Shown here one piece after another: positions 17,471 to 26,560 of a stretch of DNA of 64,000 bases (the stretch's first letter is position 1; each line of letters begins with the position of its first letter). Position numbers and translations under genes: made by a program. Source of the stretch: Candidatus Latescibacterota bacterium (lineage in GTDB: Bacteria > Latescibacterota > UBA2968 > UBA8231); NCBI GenBank assembly GCA_965221775.1, contig CBDCSU010000005.1, positions 1,408,001-1,472,000 on the forward strand, in the 5' to 3' direction. The notes under the pieces were generated by a model that saw only the letters and a program-made list of their open reading frames with translations, searched no databases and was not told where the DNA came from.

Positions 17471-18862
17471 ATGAACATCATCGTCCTCGTGAGCGACACC
17501 TTCCGCTACGACTACTTGGGGTGCAACGGCAACGAGTGGATCGGCACGGCGGCCCTCGACCGCTTCGCCGGGCGCGCCGTCTGCTTCGACCGGCACTACC
17601 TGTCCAGCTTCCCCACCATCCCCAACCGCACCGACCTCTTCAGCGGCCGCTACAGCTTCCCCTTCCACGGCTGGAAGCCCCTCGACCCGGACCTCCCGGT
17701 GCTGAGCACGATCTTCGGCGGCGCCGGCTGGCAGAGCCAGCTCATCTGTGACACGCCGCACCTGATGAAGGGCGTCCACCACTTCGACCGGGGATTCGAC
17801 GGCGCGTTCTGGATCCGCGGCCAGGAGGGAGACAAGCCGCTGCTGAAGGGCAACCTGCCGCCGAGGCTGGAGGTGGACGGCGCCAAGACCCGCGTCGATC
17901 CGCGCATGGCGGAGACCCGCTTCGGCAACCTGGCCACGCAGCACTCGTGGACCAACCGCGACTGGGCCTGGGAGGAGGACCGCTTCTGCGCGCGCACGGC
18001 GCGCACGGCGAGCCGCTGGCTGGAGGAGAACCGCGGCTGCGAGCCCTTCCTGCTGTGGGTCGACTTCTTCGACGCCCACGAGCCGTGGGACCCGCCGGAG
18101 CATCTCGTGGCCCGCTACGACAACTCCGGGTACGACGGCCCGCCGATGATCCACCCCAACTACGGGCCGGCCTCCGCCTACACGTCAGAGGAGCTGGCCA
18201 ACCTGCGGGCCCACTACGCCGCCGAGATCTACCTGGTCAACAAGTGGATCGGGTACGTGCTGGACAAGATCGAGGAGCTGGGGTTGTTCGAGGACAGCGT
18301 CGTCGTCTTCACATCGGATCACGGCATGTTCGTCGGCGAGCACGACCGCACCGGCAAGTCGAACATCCATCCCGAGGACGACCGCGTCTGGCCCCTGTAC
18401 GAGGAGATCAGCCACATCCCGCTGATGATCGCCGCTCCGGGCGCCGCGGGCGGAAGCCGGGTGAGCGCCCTGACCCAGTCGGTGGACCTGCTGCCGACGC
18501 TGATCGCCCTGGCCGGCGTCGATCCGGACGGCCTGGAGATGCACGGGCACTCGCTGGCGCCGCTGATGGGCGGACCCGCCGACTGGCCCCGCCAGTACGC
18601 CTTCAGCTCCACCTTCCTCCGCAACGGCGGGCCCACGGTCACCGGCGAGGGCTGGACCTACCTCGCCCATGGCGAGGACGGCGACGCGCCGGAGCTGTAC
18701 GACATGCGGGCCGACCCGCGGCAGGAAGCCAACGTAATCGGCGCCCGTCCCGAGGTGGCGGGACGGATGCGGCAGGCCCTGGCGCAGTTCCTCGACGAGG
18801 TGGAGACACCCGCGGAGAACCGGGCCCTGCTGGGGCCGGTGGGCGGGCCGGACTACGGCTGA
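17471..18862 (+). CDS. Sulfatase/alkaline-phosphatase-superfamily hydrolase
   Basis: IIVLVSDTFRYD, PTIPNR..LFSGRY, FDAHEPWDPP, FTSDHG, LYEEISHIPL, ELYD...DP. Confidence 0.88.
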   Translation: MNIIVLVSDTFRYDYLGCNGNEWIGTAALDRFAGRAVCFDRHYLSSFPTIPNRTDLFSGRYSFPFHGWKPLDPDLPVLSTIFGGAGWQSQLICDTPHLMKGVHHFDRGFDGAFWIRGQEGDKPLLKGNLPPRLEVDGAKTRVDPRMAETRFGNLATQHSWTNRDWAWEEDRFCARTARTASRWLEENRGCEPFLLWVDFFDAHEPWDPPEHLVARYDNSGYDGPPMIHPNYGPASAYTSEELANLRAHYAAEIYLVNKWIGYVLDKIEELGLFEDSVVVFTSDHGMFVGEHDRTGKSNIHPEDDRVWPLYEEISHIPLMIAAPGAAGGSRVSALTQSVDLLPTLIALAGVDPDGLEMHGHSLAPLMGGPADWPRQYAFSSTFLRNGGPTVTGEGWTYLAHGEDGDAPELYDMRADPRQEANVIGARPEVAGRMRQALAQFLDEVETPAENRALLGPVGGPDYG

Positions 18863-18870
18863 CGCGGCCG

Positions 18871-19086
18871 CTATCCCGCGAAGAGGTCGAAGATGCTGCC
18901 CAGGGTGGAGCTGTCGGCCGCGTAGAACTCGGTGTAGCGGCACTTCCCGCAAGTCACGGTCGAGAGCTTTCGGTTCTGGACGTCGAACAACTTCGACCAG
19001 AACCCTCCCGCGGCGCGGATCTCGCCGATCTCGCACCGGGTGTGACGGCACTTGGGGCACTCGAAGGACAGCTCGGGCGAAGTCAC
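18871..19086 (-). CDS. Small zinc-ribbon protein (DUF2082-like)
   Basis: 71 aa with CPKC...SKLFDVQN...[12 protein letters not shown]; the GTG start overlaps the upstream stop. Confidence 0.85.
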   Translation of the reverse strand: MTSPELSFECPKCRHTRCEIGEIRAAGGFWSKLFDVQNRKLSTVTCGKCRYTEFYAADSSTLGSIFDLFAG

Positions 19087-20120
19087 AGCTCGGCAACCTT
19101 CACCGGCCTCCCCTCGGCGGCGGCGAGATCGGCGGCGAAGGCCACTCTCGATGTCTCGAGGGCGGTCTCCCAGTCGGTGAGCGGCATCGCCTCCTTGCGG
19201 CCGATGGCGTCGACGAAGGCCTGGAACTGCGGCTCGTACGGGTGATCGCTCACGTCGCCCGAGTCGATGAGCGAGGTCTCCAGCGTGCTCCACCGGTCCT
19301 TCACCATCCCCTTCAGCTTCTTCGAGTAGATCCGGTTGTCGAGGAGGCTTCCCTCGCTGCCGACGAGATGGATGTGGAAGTAGTAGGGCTGCAGGCAGTC
19401 GATGCAGGAGGTGACCTTGGCGAGCTTGTCGCCTCCGGCGAACCTCAGGGTGCTGAGGCTGGTGGTGTTGTACTCGTACGGCGCGAAGTCGGTCCCCTTG
19501 GACTTGACCTGGTGGCTCGACACCTCCTCCACCTCGCCGTCCATGAAGAACAGGCAGGTGTCGAGGGCGTGGACGCCGGCGGTGAGCAGGGAACTGCCGC
19601 CCATCTCCTTCTTGATGTTCCACCCGTACTGTCCGTACCAGGGCCCGATGCCGTGATAGTAGTCGACCTCGGCGTAGTGCAGCTCTCCGAGCAGGCCTTC
19701 GTCGATGACCGAGCGGATCATGGTGAAGTGGGCGCTGTAGCGGCACTCGAAGCAGACGCAGACATTGACGCCGGTCTCGCGGATCGCTGCGCCCATGGCG
19801 AGGGCGTCCTCCCAGGTGAGGGAGACCGGCTTCTCGATGATCAGGTGCTTGCCGGCCCGGGCCGCCGCGATCGCCTGCTCGGCGTGGAAGGGATGGGGGG
19901 TGCAGATGTCGATGACGTCGATGTCGCCGTCGGCCAGCATGGCGTCGTAGTCGGTGTACGCCTTCAGGGGTGTGCCGAACTGCGCCGCCAGGTCGGCCTC
20001 GTCGTGCTCCCTGCGGGAGCAGATGGCGGTGACGTTCCCGCCCTCCACCGCCTTGAAGGCCTCGATGTGGGCGCCGGCCACCCAACCCAGTCCCACGATT
20101 CCCACGTTCAGCTCGCTCAT
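19083..20120 (-). CDS. Gfo/Idh/MocA oxidoreductase
   Basis: [33 protein letters not shown]. Confidence 0.92.
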   Translation of the reverse strand: MSELNVGIVGLGWVAGAHIEAFKAVEGGNVTAICSRREHDEADLAAQFGTPLKAYTDYDAMLADGDIDVIDICTPHPFHAEQAIAAARAGKHLIIEKPVSLTWEDALAMGAAIRETGVNVCVCFECRYSAHFTMIRSVIDEGLLGELHYAEVDYYHGIGPWYGQYGWNIKKEMGGSSLLTAGVHALDTCLFFMDGEVEEVSSHQVKSKGTDFAPYEYNTTSLSTLRFAGGDKLAKVTSCIDCLQPYYFHIHLVGSEGSLLDNRIYSKKLKGMVKDRWSTLETSLIDSGDVSDHPYEPQFQAFVDAIGRKEAMPLTDWETALETSRVAFAADLAAAEGRPVKVAEL

Positions 20121-20133
20121 GATGATCTCTCCG

Positions 20134-21852
20134 TCAGTTGGTGAGTGGTAGTGTCGAGACCGTCGCGGAAGGCGGTCCCTCGTTGGGAGGCCGCCTGTAG
20201 TCCACGGCGGTGATCCGGTAGGACCAGGACTCCGATGCCGCGTCCCGGTCCACGTACTGCGTCGCGCCCAGCGGCTCCTCGTGCAGGGGATGGAAGGGTC
20301 CTTCCGGCCCGGGCGCGCGATGGACGGTGTATCCACGCAGCCCGGTGAGGGTTGTGCCGTCGGCATCCGCCGCCGGCGGCTGCCAGGAGACTTGCACGTC
20401 CGGTCCGGTGCAGACCAGCTCCGGTTGCAGCGGAGCGCCGGGCGCCCACGTGTCGTGCAGCTGCGCGGCCACCGCCAGCATCGCCGCCGTGGCGGCAATA
20501 TGGGCCGCCTTCCCCTCGATGGAAACCTCCTTGTCGTAGTACGCGGCCATCGCTTCCCGGATGCGGTAGTCGTACCCGGCCAGGTAGAGGAACCCCCAGC
20601 CCCAGTGGCCCCGGTCCTCGTCGAGCGCGTTGGGGACTCCGTCGACATAGTAGGCGAAGGCGGGTTTGTCGAGACGGCCGTTCCAGACCTTGTGGACGAA
20701 GGTGTTGGCCATCCTCGCCAGGTCCCTCTCCGTGAAGCTGAACCCGCTGCGCACGCCCTGCAGCGCCGCCTGGATGTCGATGAACCCATGGCCCACGTCC
20801 TCCATCAGGTCGGGCCAGGCGCTGTTGGGGCCGTACTTCCAGGTGTAGGCGTCCGCCTCCGCGTCGTGCTGCAGTTGCTCGTGAAAGAACCGCAGCATCT
20901 GCTCGCTCTGTTCGGCGTAGAAGGTCGCGTAGTCTTGCTCGTGCGGCGTGTAGTAGGGCGAGGTCGAGAGGCGGCTCAGGGTCACGAGGGCATCGGCGAA
21001 GGAGAGGAACATGTTGAGGGGCTGGTTCCTCCACCCGGACCACTCATACAGGTGGTAGCCCCCGTTCTCGCCAAAACGGCTGTTGTCCGATTCCGTCCAC
21101 CCGGGGTGCGGCTCCCAGTTGGCGTGCCACTTGGCGATCACCTCCTCTTCCACGATGCGGAGGTACTCGTCGGCCCGGGACTTGTAGGCCGGGTGCAGGG
21201 CCGGGTCCTGCCAGACCAGCTCGACGAAGGCCACGATGGGGCTGATGATCAGCCCGTCGTCGCTGAACCACTCGGTGTACTCGGGGGCGTACTGGGTGTA
21301 GCGCGCCTGCCCCCACCCCTCGTAGCCGTCCACGTAGCGCGGGTCGTAGCTCTCGTAGGGCGGCACGTCCGAGCGAGCCTCCAGAATGCGGTCGATCTGT
21401 CCCGCGAGCCTGTCCAGCCAGACCGTCTCACCGAAGGTGCGGTAGAGATTGAGATACATCCTCTGCACGTAGCCCGAAGGCGCCCACGCGTAGGTCCCCC
21501 CGTCATGGCCGTCCAGGTACCTGTCCCCGTGCGTTTCGTCCCACTCCGCGAAGGCGGCGTACCAGTCGGTGCTCGTCGCCGGCAGCGTGGCCCGCGTCCC
21601 CGTGAAGGTCGCCGCAAAGAGGAAGAAGTCGCTGAAGTCGACCCGCCCGTCGCCGTCGAGATCGAGATCGGACCGGAACCCGGGGTCGCCGCTCCGGGCC
21701 CCGAAGCCGGAGACGAAGATGTCGAAGTCGTCGTGGTCGACGGTGCCGTTGCCGTCGAAGTCACTCGTCTTGGATGCCCCCACCGCCAAGGCGGGCAGGG
21801 CGAGCACACCGGAGGCAACGGCGGAGAGCCACAGGATCCGATGGACGGCCAT
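20134..21852 (-). CDS. Secreted protein with EF-hand/dockerin-like N-terminus, helical catalytic-like core and C-terminal FN3-like domain
   Basis: Signal peptide; [13 protein letters not shown] and [14 protein letters not shown]; MEDVGHG; VSWQPP...GYTVHR...YRITAVD...NEGPPS. Confidence 0.75.
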   Translation of the reverse strand: MAVHRILWLSAVASGVLALPALAVGASKTSDFDGNGTVDHDDFDIFVSGFGARSGDPGFRSDLDLDGDGRVDFSDFFLFAATFTGTRATLPATSTDWYAAFAEWDETHGDRYLDGHDGGTYAWAPSGYVQRMYLNLYRTFGETVWLDRLAGQIDRILEARSDVPPYESYDPRYVDGYEGWGQARYTQYAPEYTEWFSDDGLIISPIVAFVELVWQDPALHPAYKSRADEYLRIVEEEVIAKWHANWEPHPGWTESDNSRFGENGGYHLYEWSGWRNQPLNMFLSFADALVTLSRLSTSPYYTPHEQDYATFYAEQSEQMLRFFHEQLQHDAEADAYTWKYGPNSAWPDLMEDVGHGFIDIQAALQGVRSGFSFTERDLARMANTFVHKVWNGRLDKPAFAYYVDGVPNALDEDRGHWGWGFLYLAGYDYRIREAMAAYYDKEVSIEGKAAHIAATAAMLAVAAQLHDTWAPGAPLQPELVCTGPDVQVSWQPPAADADGTTLTGLRGYTVHRAPGPEGPFHPLHEEPLGATQYVDRDAASESWSYRITAVDYRRPPNEGPPSATVSTLPLTN

Positions 21853-21863
21853 CGTGGAAGACC

Positions 21864-22904
21864 TCAGCGCACCACCGGGTCCGTCCGCCCCCAGGCGTTG
21901 TGGCGCACCGTGACCCGGTCCTCGCAGACGATGGCGCCGCCCTCGGTCCGGTGGTGGAACCAGTTGTGCTCGACCACGGCCCGGTCCTCGGGGGTGCCCG
22001 AGATGAGGAGGGCGCGGCGGTTGGGGACACGGAAGGTGTTGTGGTGGACGTGCATCCAGCCCCCCGCGATGTCGGTGCCGTCCTGGCGGTCGCGGCCCCC
22101 GTGCATGTCGAAGCAGTGGCCGAGGCTGCGTCCCATCTCGACGTTGTCACGCGCCTCGTACCCCGAGCCGCTGCGGCCGGTGCCGGCGATGGAGTGGCGG
22201 TTGGCGTCGAAGAGGTTGCCCTCGATCAGGGTCTCCGCCTCGTCGAGGCAGACGCCGTACCCGAGGCCCTGGTACTGGTTGTGGTGGATGAAGCAGTGCT
22301 GCACGCGGTGGCCGTCCCCGGCCAGGATGTACACGGCCCCGAGGCTCCAGCCGGCCAGCTCGCAGTTGTCGACGCGCAGCCGCGGCTCCCGCGCCTCGAT
22401 ACCGGCGGAGGTGGGGAACTTGTAGTAGTAGCCGGCGCCGCGGCCTTCGTAGTAGGCGCGGGAGTGGTGCTCCAGGCACTGGCGGGGATTCGGCCCCTCC
22501 AGGCGGAGGCCGGTGAGGCGCGCGTCGGGCCCGGTGACCCGGATCAGCGGATTGGTGGCGAAGGTGTCGGAGCGGATCAGGCCGCCGGGGGCCCCGCGGA
22601 TGCCGCGGTCGCTGGCCAGGGTCACGCCGCCGGGCAGCTCCAGGACCAGCTCCTCCACGTGGACCCGCTCCGTGCACTCGATGACGGCGTCTCCCGCCAC
22701 GTACACGGTGTCGCCGGCGCGGGCCGAGGCCAGGGCCTCCAGCAGCTCGTCGAGGTTGCGCGCTGGCGGGTTGGTGGGCCGCACGACCTCGCGGTACCCG
22801 GCGCCGCCGCCGAGGGGGTAGCCGCGGCTCCCGGAGGCGCCGCAGGCGCGGGCACCGCGGCCGACGCGGGTCGGTCCGTGGAGTGTGGAACGGGCGTTGA
22901 ACAT
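21864..22904 (-). CDS. Right-handed parallel beta-helix protein, copy 2
   Basis: Colinear, highly similar paralog of 14267-15310. Confidence 0.8.
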   Translation of the reverse strand: MFNARSTLHGPTRVGRGARACGASGSRGYPLGGGAGYREVVRPTNPPARNLDELLEALASARAGDTVYVAGDAVIECTERVHVEELVLELPGGVTLASDRGIRGAPGGLIRSDTFATNPLIRVTGPDARLTGLRLEGPNPRQCLEHHSRAYYEGRGAGYYYKFPTSAGIEAREPRLRVDNCELAGWSLGAVYILAGDGHRVQHCFIHHNQYQGLGYGVCLDEAETLIEGNLFDANRHSIAGTGRSGSGYEARDNVEMGRSLGHCFDMHGGRDRQDGTDIAGGWMHVHHNTFRVPNRRALLISGTPEDRAVVEHNWFHHRTEGGAIVCEDRVTVRHNAWGRTDPVVR

Positions 22905-23027
22905 GGGGGGAGAAGGCTAGGCTCTCGGGCGGAGGCGGGCCAGAGGGCTCCACCTCTCGGCGCCATCGCCAATGGTGATGCGCGCCGGAGCTTACCTTCT
23001 GCGCCGGATCACCGCGGGAGGAGCCTT

Positions 23028-23531
23028 GTGCCGCCACCTGGCAAATGCCGAATCGACATCCAACGACTCGCGGCCCATGAGGCGCCGCGGCTGCGCGCGA
23101 TCCGGCTGCGGGCCCTGGCCGAGTCGCCCGACGCCTTCGGCAGCACCTGTGACGAGGCCGCGGCCCTCCCGCCGGACAGCTGGGCCGCGCAGCTTCAGAG
23201 CATGGCCACTTTCGCAGCCGTCGTGGACGGAGAGGACGTGGGCCTGGTGCGGGGGGCGCCCGATGAAGCGCGAACCGACGCCGCCTGGCTGATCTCCATG
23301 TGGGTGGCCCCGGAGGTCAGGGGACGAGGCGTGGGCGAGGCCCTCGTCGACGCCGTCGTCGAGTGGGCGCGGGCCAGCGGCGCCCGCCGCCTGCTGCTGG
23401 ACGTGGGGGACCACAACCGCCCGGCCATCGCCCTGTACGCCCGCATGGGCTTCGAGCCCAACGGGACGACCGGTGCGCTGCCGTCGCCGCGAAGCCACAT
23501 CCGCGAGCACCAGCGAGAGCTGAGGCTCTGA
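23028..23531 (+). CDS. GNAT-family acetyltransferase
   Basis: GGAGGAG RBS then GTG; LISMWVAPEVRGRGVGEAL, NRPAIALYARMGF. Confidence 0.88.
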   Translation: MPPPGKCRIDIQRLAAHEAPRLRAIRLRALAESPDAFGSTCDEAAALPPDSWAAQLQSMATFAAVVDGEDVGLVRGAPDEARTDAAWLISMWVAPEVRGRGVGEALVDAVVEWARASGARRLLLDVGDHNRPAIALYARMGFEPNGTTGALPSPRSHIREHQRELRL

Positions 23532-23570
23532 GGTGAGCCCGTTGATTTTGTGCTGTTGACTATCGATACT

Positions 23571-24155
23571 ATGCACATGGATAGCGCATCTCCCCAGATT
23601 GTCCTGGACTCGAAGCGCCTTCAGTTCGAGATCCGCCGCCGCGGCATGTCCGTGACGGGCCTGGCCGAGGCCGTGGGCATCCACCGGAACACAATCGGGA
23701 ACTATCTGTCGGGCAAGGCGGGCCTGCCCCAGGGCCTCTCCAGGATCCTCGACGCCCTCGACCTGACCCCCGCGGAGGTGCTCTCCTGGGACCGGCGCCG
23801 CCGCCGCATCCCCGGCCTCGCGGTCTCCGGCCTCGTGAGCGCCCTGCACGCGGAGGCTCCCGGCGCCGCCTTCCTTCTCTTCGGTTCCCGCGCCCGCGGC
23901 GACGCCAAGCCCTACTCCGACCATGACCTCGGTCTCTTCACCGGCTCGGCCTTGGAGTTCCCCCTCTACTCGCGGCTCCTGGACCGGGTGGCCGCGTGGA
24001 ACGAGGAGTCCCTGCTCACGGCGCAGCTCGTCGACCTCACCCGGGCGGAGCCGTCCTTCCTCGCGGAGATCGCGGAGGACGCCCTCTTCCTGGCCGGCTG
24101 CCACGCCTCCTGGTGCGCCTTCCTGCGAGAAGCGGGAGTCTTCTTGCATGACTGA
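23571..24155 (+). CDS. XRE-type HTH fused to minimal nucleotidyltransferase (antitoxin); start may be 23577
   Basis: SVTGLAEAVGIHRNTIGNYLSG HTH; LFGSRARGDAKPYSDHDL (GSx10DxD); VDL. Confidence 0.85.
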   Translation: MHMDSASPQIVLDSKRLQFEIRRRGMSVTGLAEAVGIHRNTIGNYLSGKAGLPQGLSRILDALDLTPAEVLSWDRRRRRIPGLAVSGLVSALHAEAPGAAFLLFGSRARGDAKPYSDHDLGLFTGSALEFPLYSRLLDRVAAWNEESLLTAQLVDLTRAEPSFLAEIAEDALFLAGCHASWCAFLREAGVFLHD

Positions 24156-24513
24156 CGCGAAGCTGAAACAGTCCTTCGACCTGCTGGAGGCCGCCCTGGA
24201 CGAGTGCCGGGCGGAACCCGGCCATGCGCTGAAGGCCGCGGCCCTGGCCAAGGCCTTCGAGACCACCTTCGAACACGCCTGGAGAGGATTCAAGCGCGAG
24301 GCCGGCCAGGCCGGGCTGGAGGCCTACAGTCCCCGCGACGCCATCAAGTCCGCGGCCCAGTTGGGGATCATCGAGGAGCTGGAGGACTGGAACCAGTTCC
24401 TCAACGCCCGCAATCTGTCCGTGCACGATAACGTCGGCATGGACGATGCGGACATGCTCGCACTCGTGGGCCGGTTCCGGGACGAGGTGAGGCGGCTCCT
24501 CGACCGGGGGTAA
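24148..24513 (+). CDS. HEPN protein (HI0074/nucleotidyltransferase substrate-binding family)
   Basis: KAFETTFEHAWR, SPRDAIK, W..FLNARNLSVHD; overlaps the MNT stop. Confidence 0.85.
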   Translation: MTDAKLKQSFDLLEAALDECRAEPGHALKAAALAKAFETTFEHAWRGFKREAGQAGLEAYSPRDAIKSAAQLGIIEELEDWNQFLNARNLSVHDNVGMDDADMLALVGRFRDEVRRLLDRG

Positions 24514-24525
24514 GAGGCGAGCCCG

Positions 24526-26118
24526 CTACTCGAAGGGCTCGAAGAAGGTCAGGTCCGTTCCGAAGTCGTCCATGGCAACCGCCTCGTCGCCGCGGAAGCG
24601 GACCCGGGTCCGCTGGTCCCGCCAGGTCAGTTCCGTCTCGCGCGTCGGCAGGTCGAGGTCGAACTCGATCCAGCGGCCCACGGCGGGTTCCTCCACCACC
24701 ATGTAGTCCCCGGCCACGCGGGCGGGCCCCGCCCCGTCCACGGTGATCCGCTCCGCGTCCGCCCACGAGGGCAGGCGCACGTGCAGGGCTCCCGGCTGCC
24801 GCAGGCGGACGCCGAGGCTGTCGTGCGTGTAGGGGGAGCGCACCTCGATGTCCGGGGTGACCCTGTCGAAGAGCAGGTTGACCCAGTGGCCGTCCTCGCC
24901 GCGGCGGGTTACCTCGCGAACCGCCTCGCAGAGCGAGCCGACGGCGCCGCCGACGATGTCGAGGTTGAAGCCGACGCGGGGTTTGTTGGACTGCCACAGG
25001 CCCACGGGCTCGTGGCCGTACGGGGCCGGGAAGCCGAAGCCGCCGCGCAGCCGCTCGCCCACGTTCTGGAGGCCGTCCACCCCCTCCGGGTTGTCGGGCT
25101 CGACGACGAAGGAGACGTCCCGCAACTGGCTGGGCAGCAGGTGGGAGCGCAGCATGCGCTCGGCGTCCTCGTAGTACTCCGGGTGGCCGTGGGCGCCCAG
25201 GATGAGGGCGGTCTCGACGATGTCGCCGGTGTTGTTGGCCTCCCCCCGAAGGCAGTCGCTGGACGGGTCCGTGACCTCGATCGACCAGCCGATCTGGTCC
25301 CGCATCTCCCACAGGCCGTTGTCGTAGAACGCCTTCACCCGCGCCAGGAGGGCGGCGTCGCCGGTGTGGTCGGCCAGCTGCGCCAGCGACGACAGGACGC
25401 AGGTGGTGGAGTGGGCGTGGGGGCCGAAGAGATCGTTGGAGAACGCCCCGTCCTCGCGGAAGAACTCGCGCGTCGCCTTCTCCTCGAGGGCCAGGGCCAG
25501 CTCCAGGGCCGGCTCGCTCCCGGTGGCGCGGTGGATCTTCACGAGGGGGCCGATGGCCCGCGCCAGGCGCTGGATGAAGGTGCCCGCCTCGTCGCGCAGG
25601 ACCTGCACGGGAAGGTCGCTCTGCAGCCGCGGCAGGTCCCACCGCTCATGCGGCAGCCAGTACTCCCGGATGAGGCGGATGCTCGCCTCGGCCAGCTCCA
25701 GGGCCCGGGACGAGTCCCGGTAGCGGGCCAGGGCATACAGGGCGTGGAAGCCCTCTCGCACGTCGTGGTCCTGCAGCAGGACGGGATCCCCCCGGCCGTC
25801 GGTGCGCTCGCCGCCCCGCTGCAGGGGCAGGGGCGCCCGGGAGTAGGAGAAGAACGCGGCGCGGGCGTGCTTGTCGACGGCGCTCTCGTCGAGGGTGACG
25901 CCGGCGGCCTCCTCGGCGCTGAGCATGGCGTTCAGGTGGCGGCCCGGGATGTGGGACTCGAAGCTGCCCGCCAGGCGGGCGTCGGGGCGCACCCGGGCGC
26001 CGCCGAAGGGCAGGTCGCCGTCGTCGGCGTTGAAGCAGCGCGACATGCTCCGGCAGCCCAGGCGGATGGCGTCCGCCAGATCGGTTGTGTTGACGTCCTG
26101 GAGACGGTGGCGCGCCAT
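24526..26118 (-). CDS. Glycoside-hydrolase-like protein (GH127-like fold suspected)
   Basis: Long ORF with a purine-rich RBS before MARHRLQ. The C-terminal WVNLLF...LHVRLPSWA...IEFDL segment resembles GH127 beta-sandwich domains. Confidence 0.55.
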   Translation of the reverse strand: MARHRLQDVNTTDLADAIRLGCRSMSRCFNADDGDLPFGGARVRPDARLAGSFESHIPGRHLNAMLSAEEAAGVTLDESAVDKHARAAFFSYSRAPLPLQRGGERTDGRGDPVLLQDHDVREGFHALYALARYRDSSRALELAEASIRLIREYWLPHERWDLPRLQSDLPVQVLRDEAGTFIQRLARAIGPLVKIHRATGSEPALELALALEEKATREFFREDGAFSNDLFGPHAHSTTCVLSSLAQLADHTGDAALLARVKAFYDNGLWEMRDQIGWSIEVTDPSSDCLRGEANNTGDIVETALILGAHGHPEYYEDAERMLRSHLLPSQLRDVSFVVEPDNPEGVDGLQNVGERLRGGFGFPAPYGHEPVGLWQSNKPRVGFNLDIVGGAVGSLCEAVREVTRRGEDGHWVNLLFDRVTPDIEVRSPYTHDSLGVRLRQPGALHVRLPSWADAERITVDGAGPARVAGDYMVVEEPAVGRWIEFDLDLPTRETELTWRDQRTRVRFRGDEAVAMDDFGTDLTFFEPFE

Positions 26119-26560
26119 GACTCCCTCTCTCCCGTGTTGGTTGCTCGAGTCCCACCGGGGGGCCAGGTCCAAGGTGGACACGAGTTGCAGACATGGCCGG
26201 CTGCGGTGAGAGAAGGTAGTGTGCCGCAGCCTTGCGGTGGGACCCCGGGAGATAATGCCGGCAGAGGGCCCTTGTCGCCGGAGATTTCAGCAGCTGTTGG
26301 ACGGTGGGCCCGCCCTCGTCGCCCCTTGGCGGCTCCGCGGAGCGGGACAAGGCAGTCCCCTATGGCCGAGCTTCGCCAGCAGCCGCAGCCCTTGGCCCAG
26401 GGTGATGTTGAGAGCTCCCGCCGCACCGGCCGGCGCGGGATATCCCCGGGAGGCGGCACCCAGGCCAGCTTCCTCACCGCGTGACCCTGTGCCGATGCGA
26501 CGGCCATCTTCCTTCGGCGCTATCATTCCCGCCCGACCCGCGCAAGGACGGAGCCAACAC

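Noticed and set aside
970-24513. Both HEPN proteins end in LDRG
   Set aside because: Only four residues, with different codons and stop codons and otherwise unrelated subfamilies; most likely coincidence.
26119-26560. Riboswitch or ncRNA in the long intergenic region
   Set aside because: No conserved riboswitch, tRNA or other RNA signature could be recognised by eye; it needs an Rfam scan.
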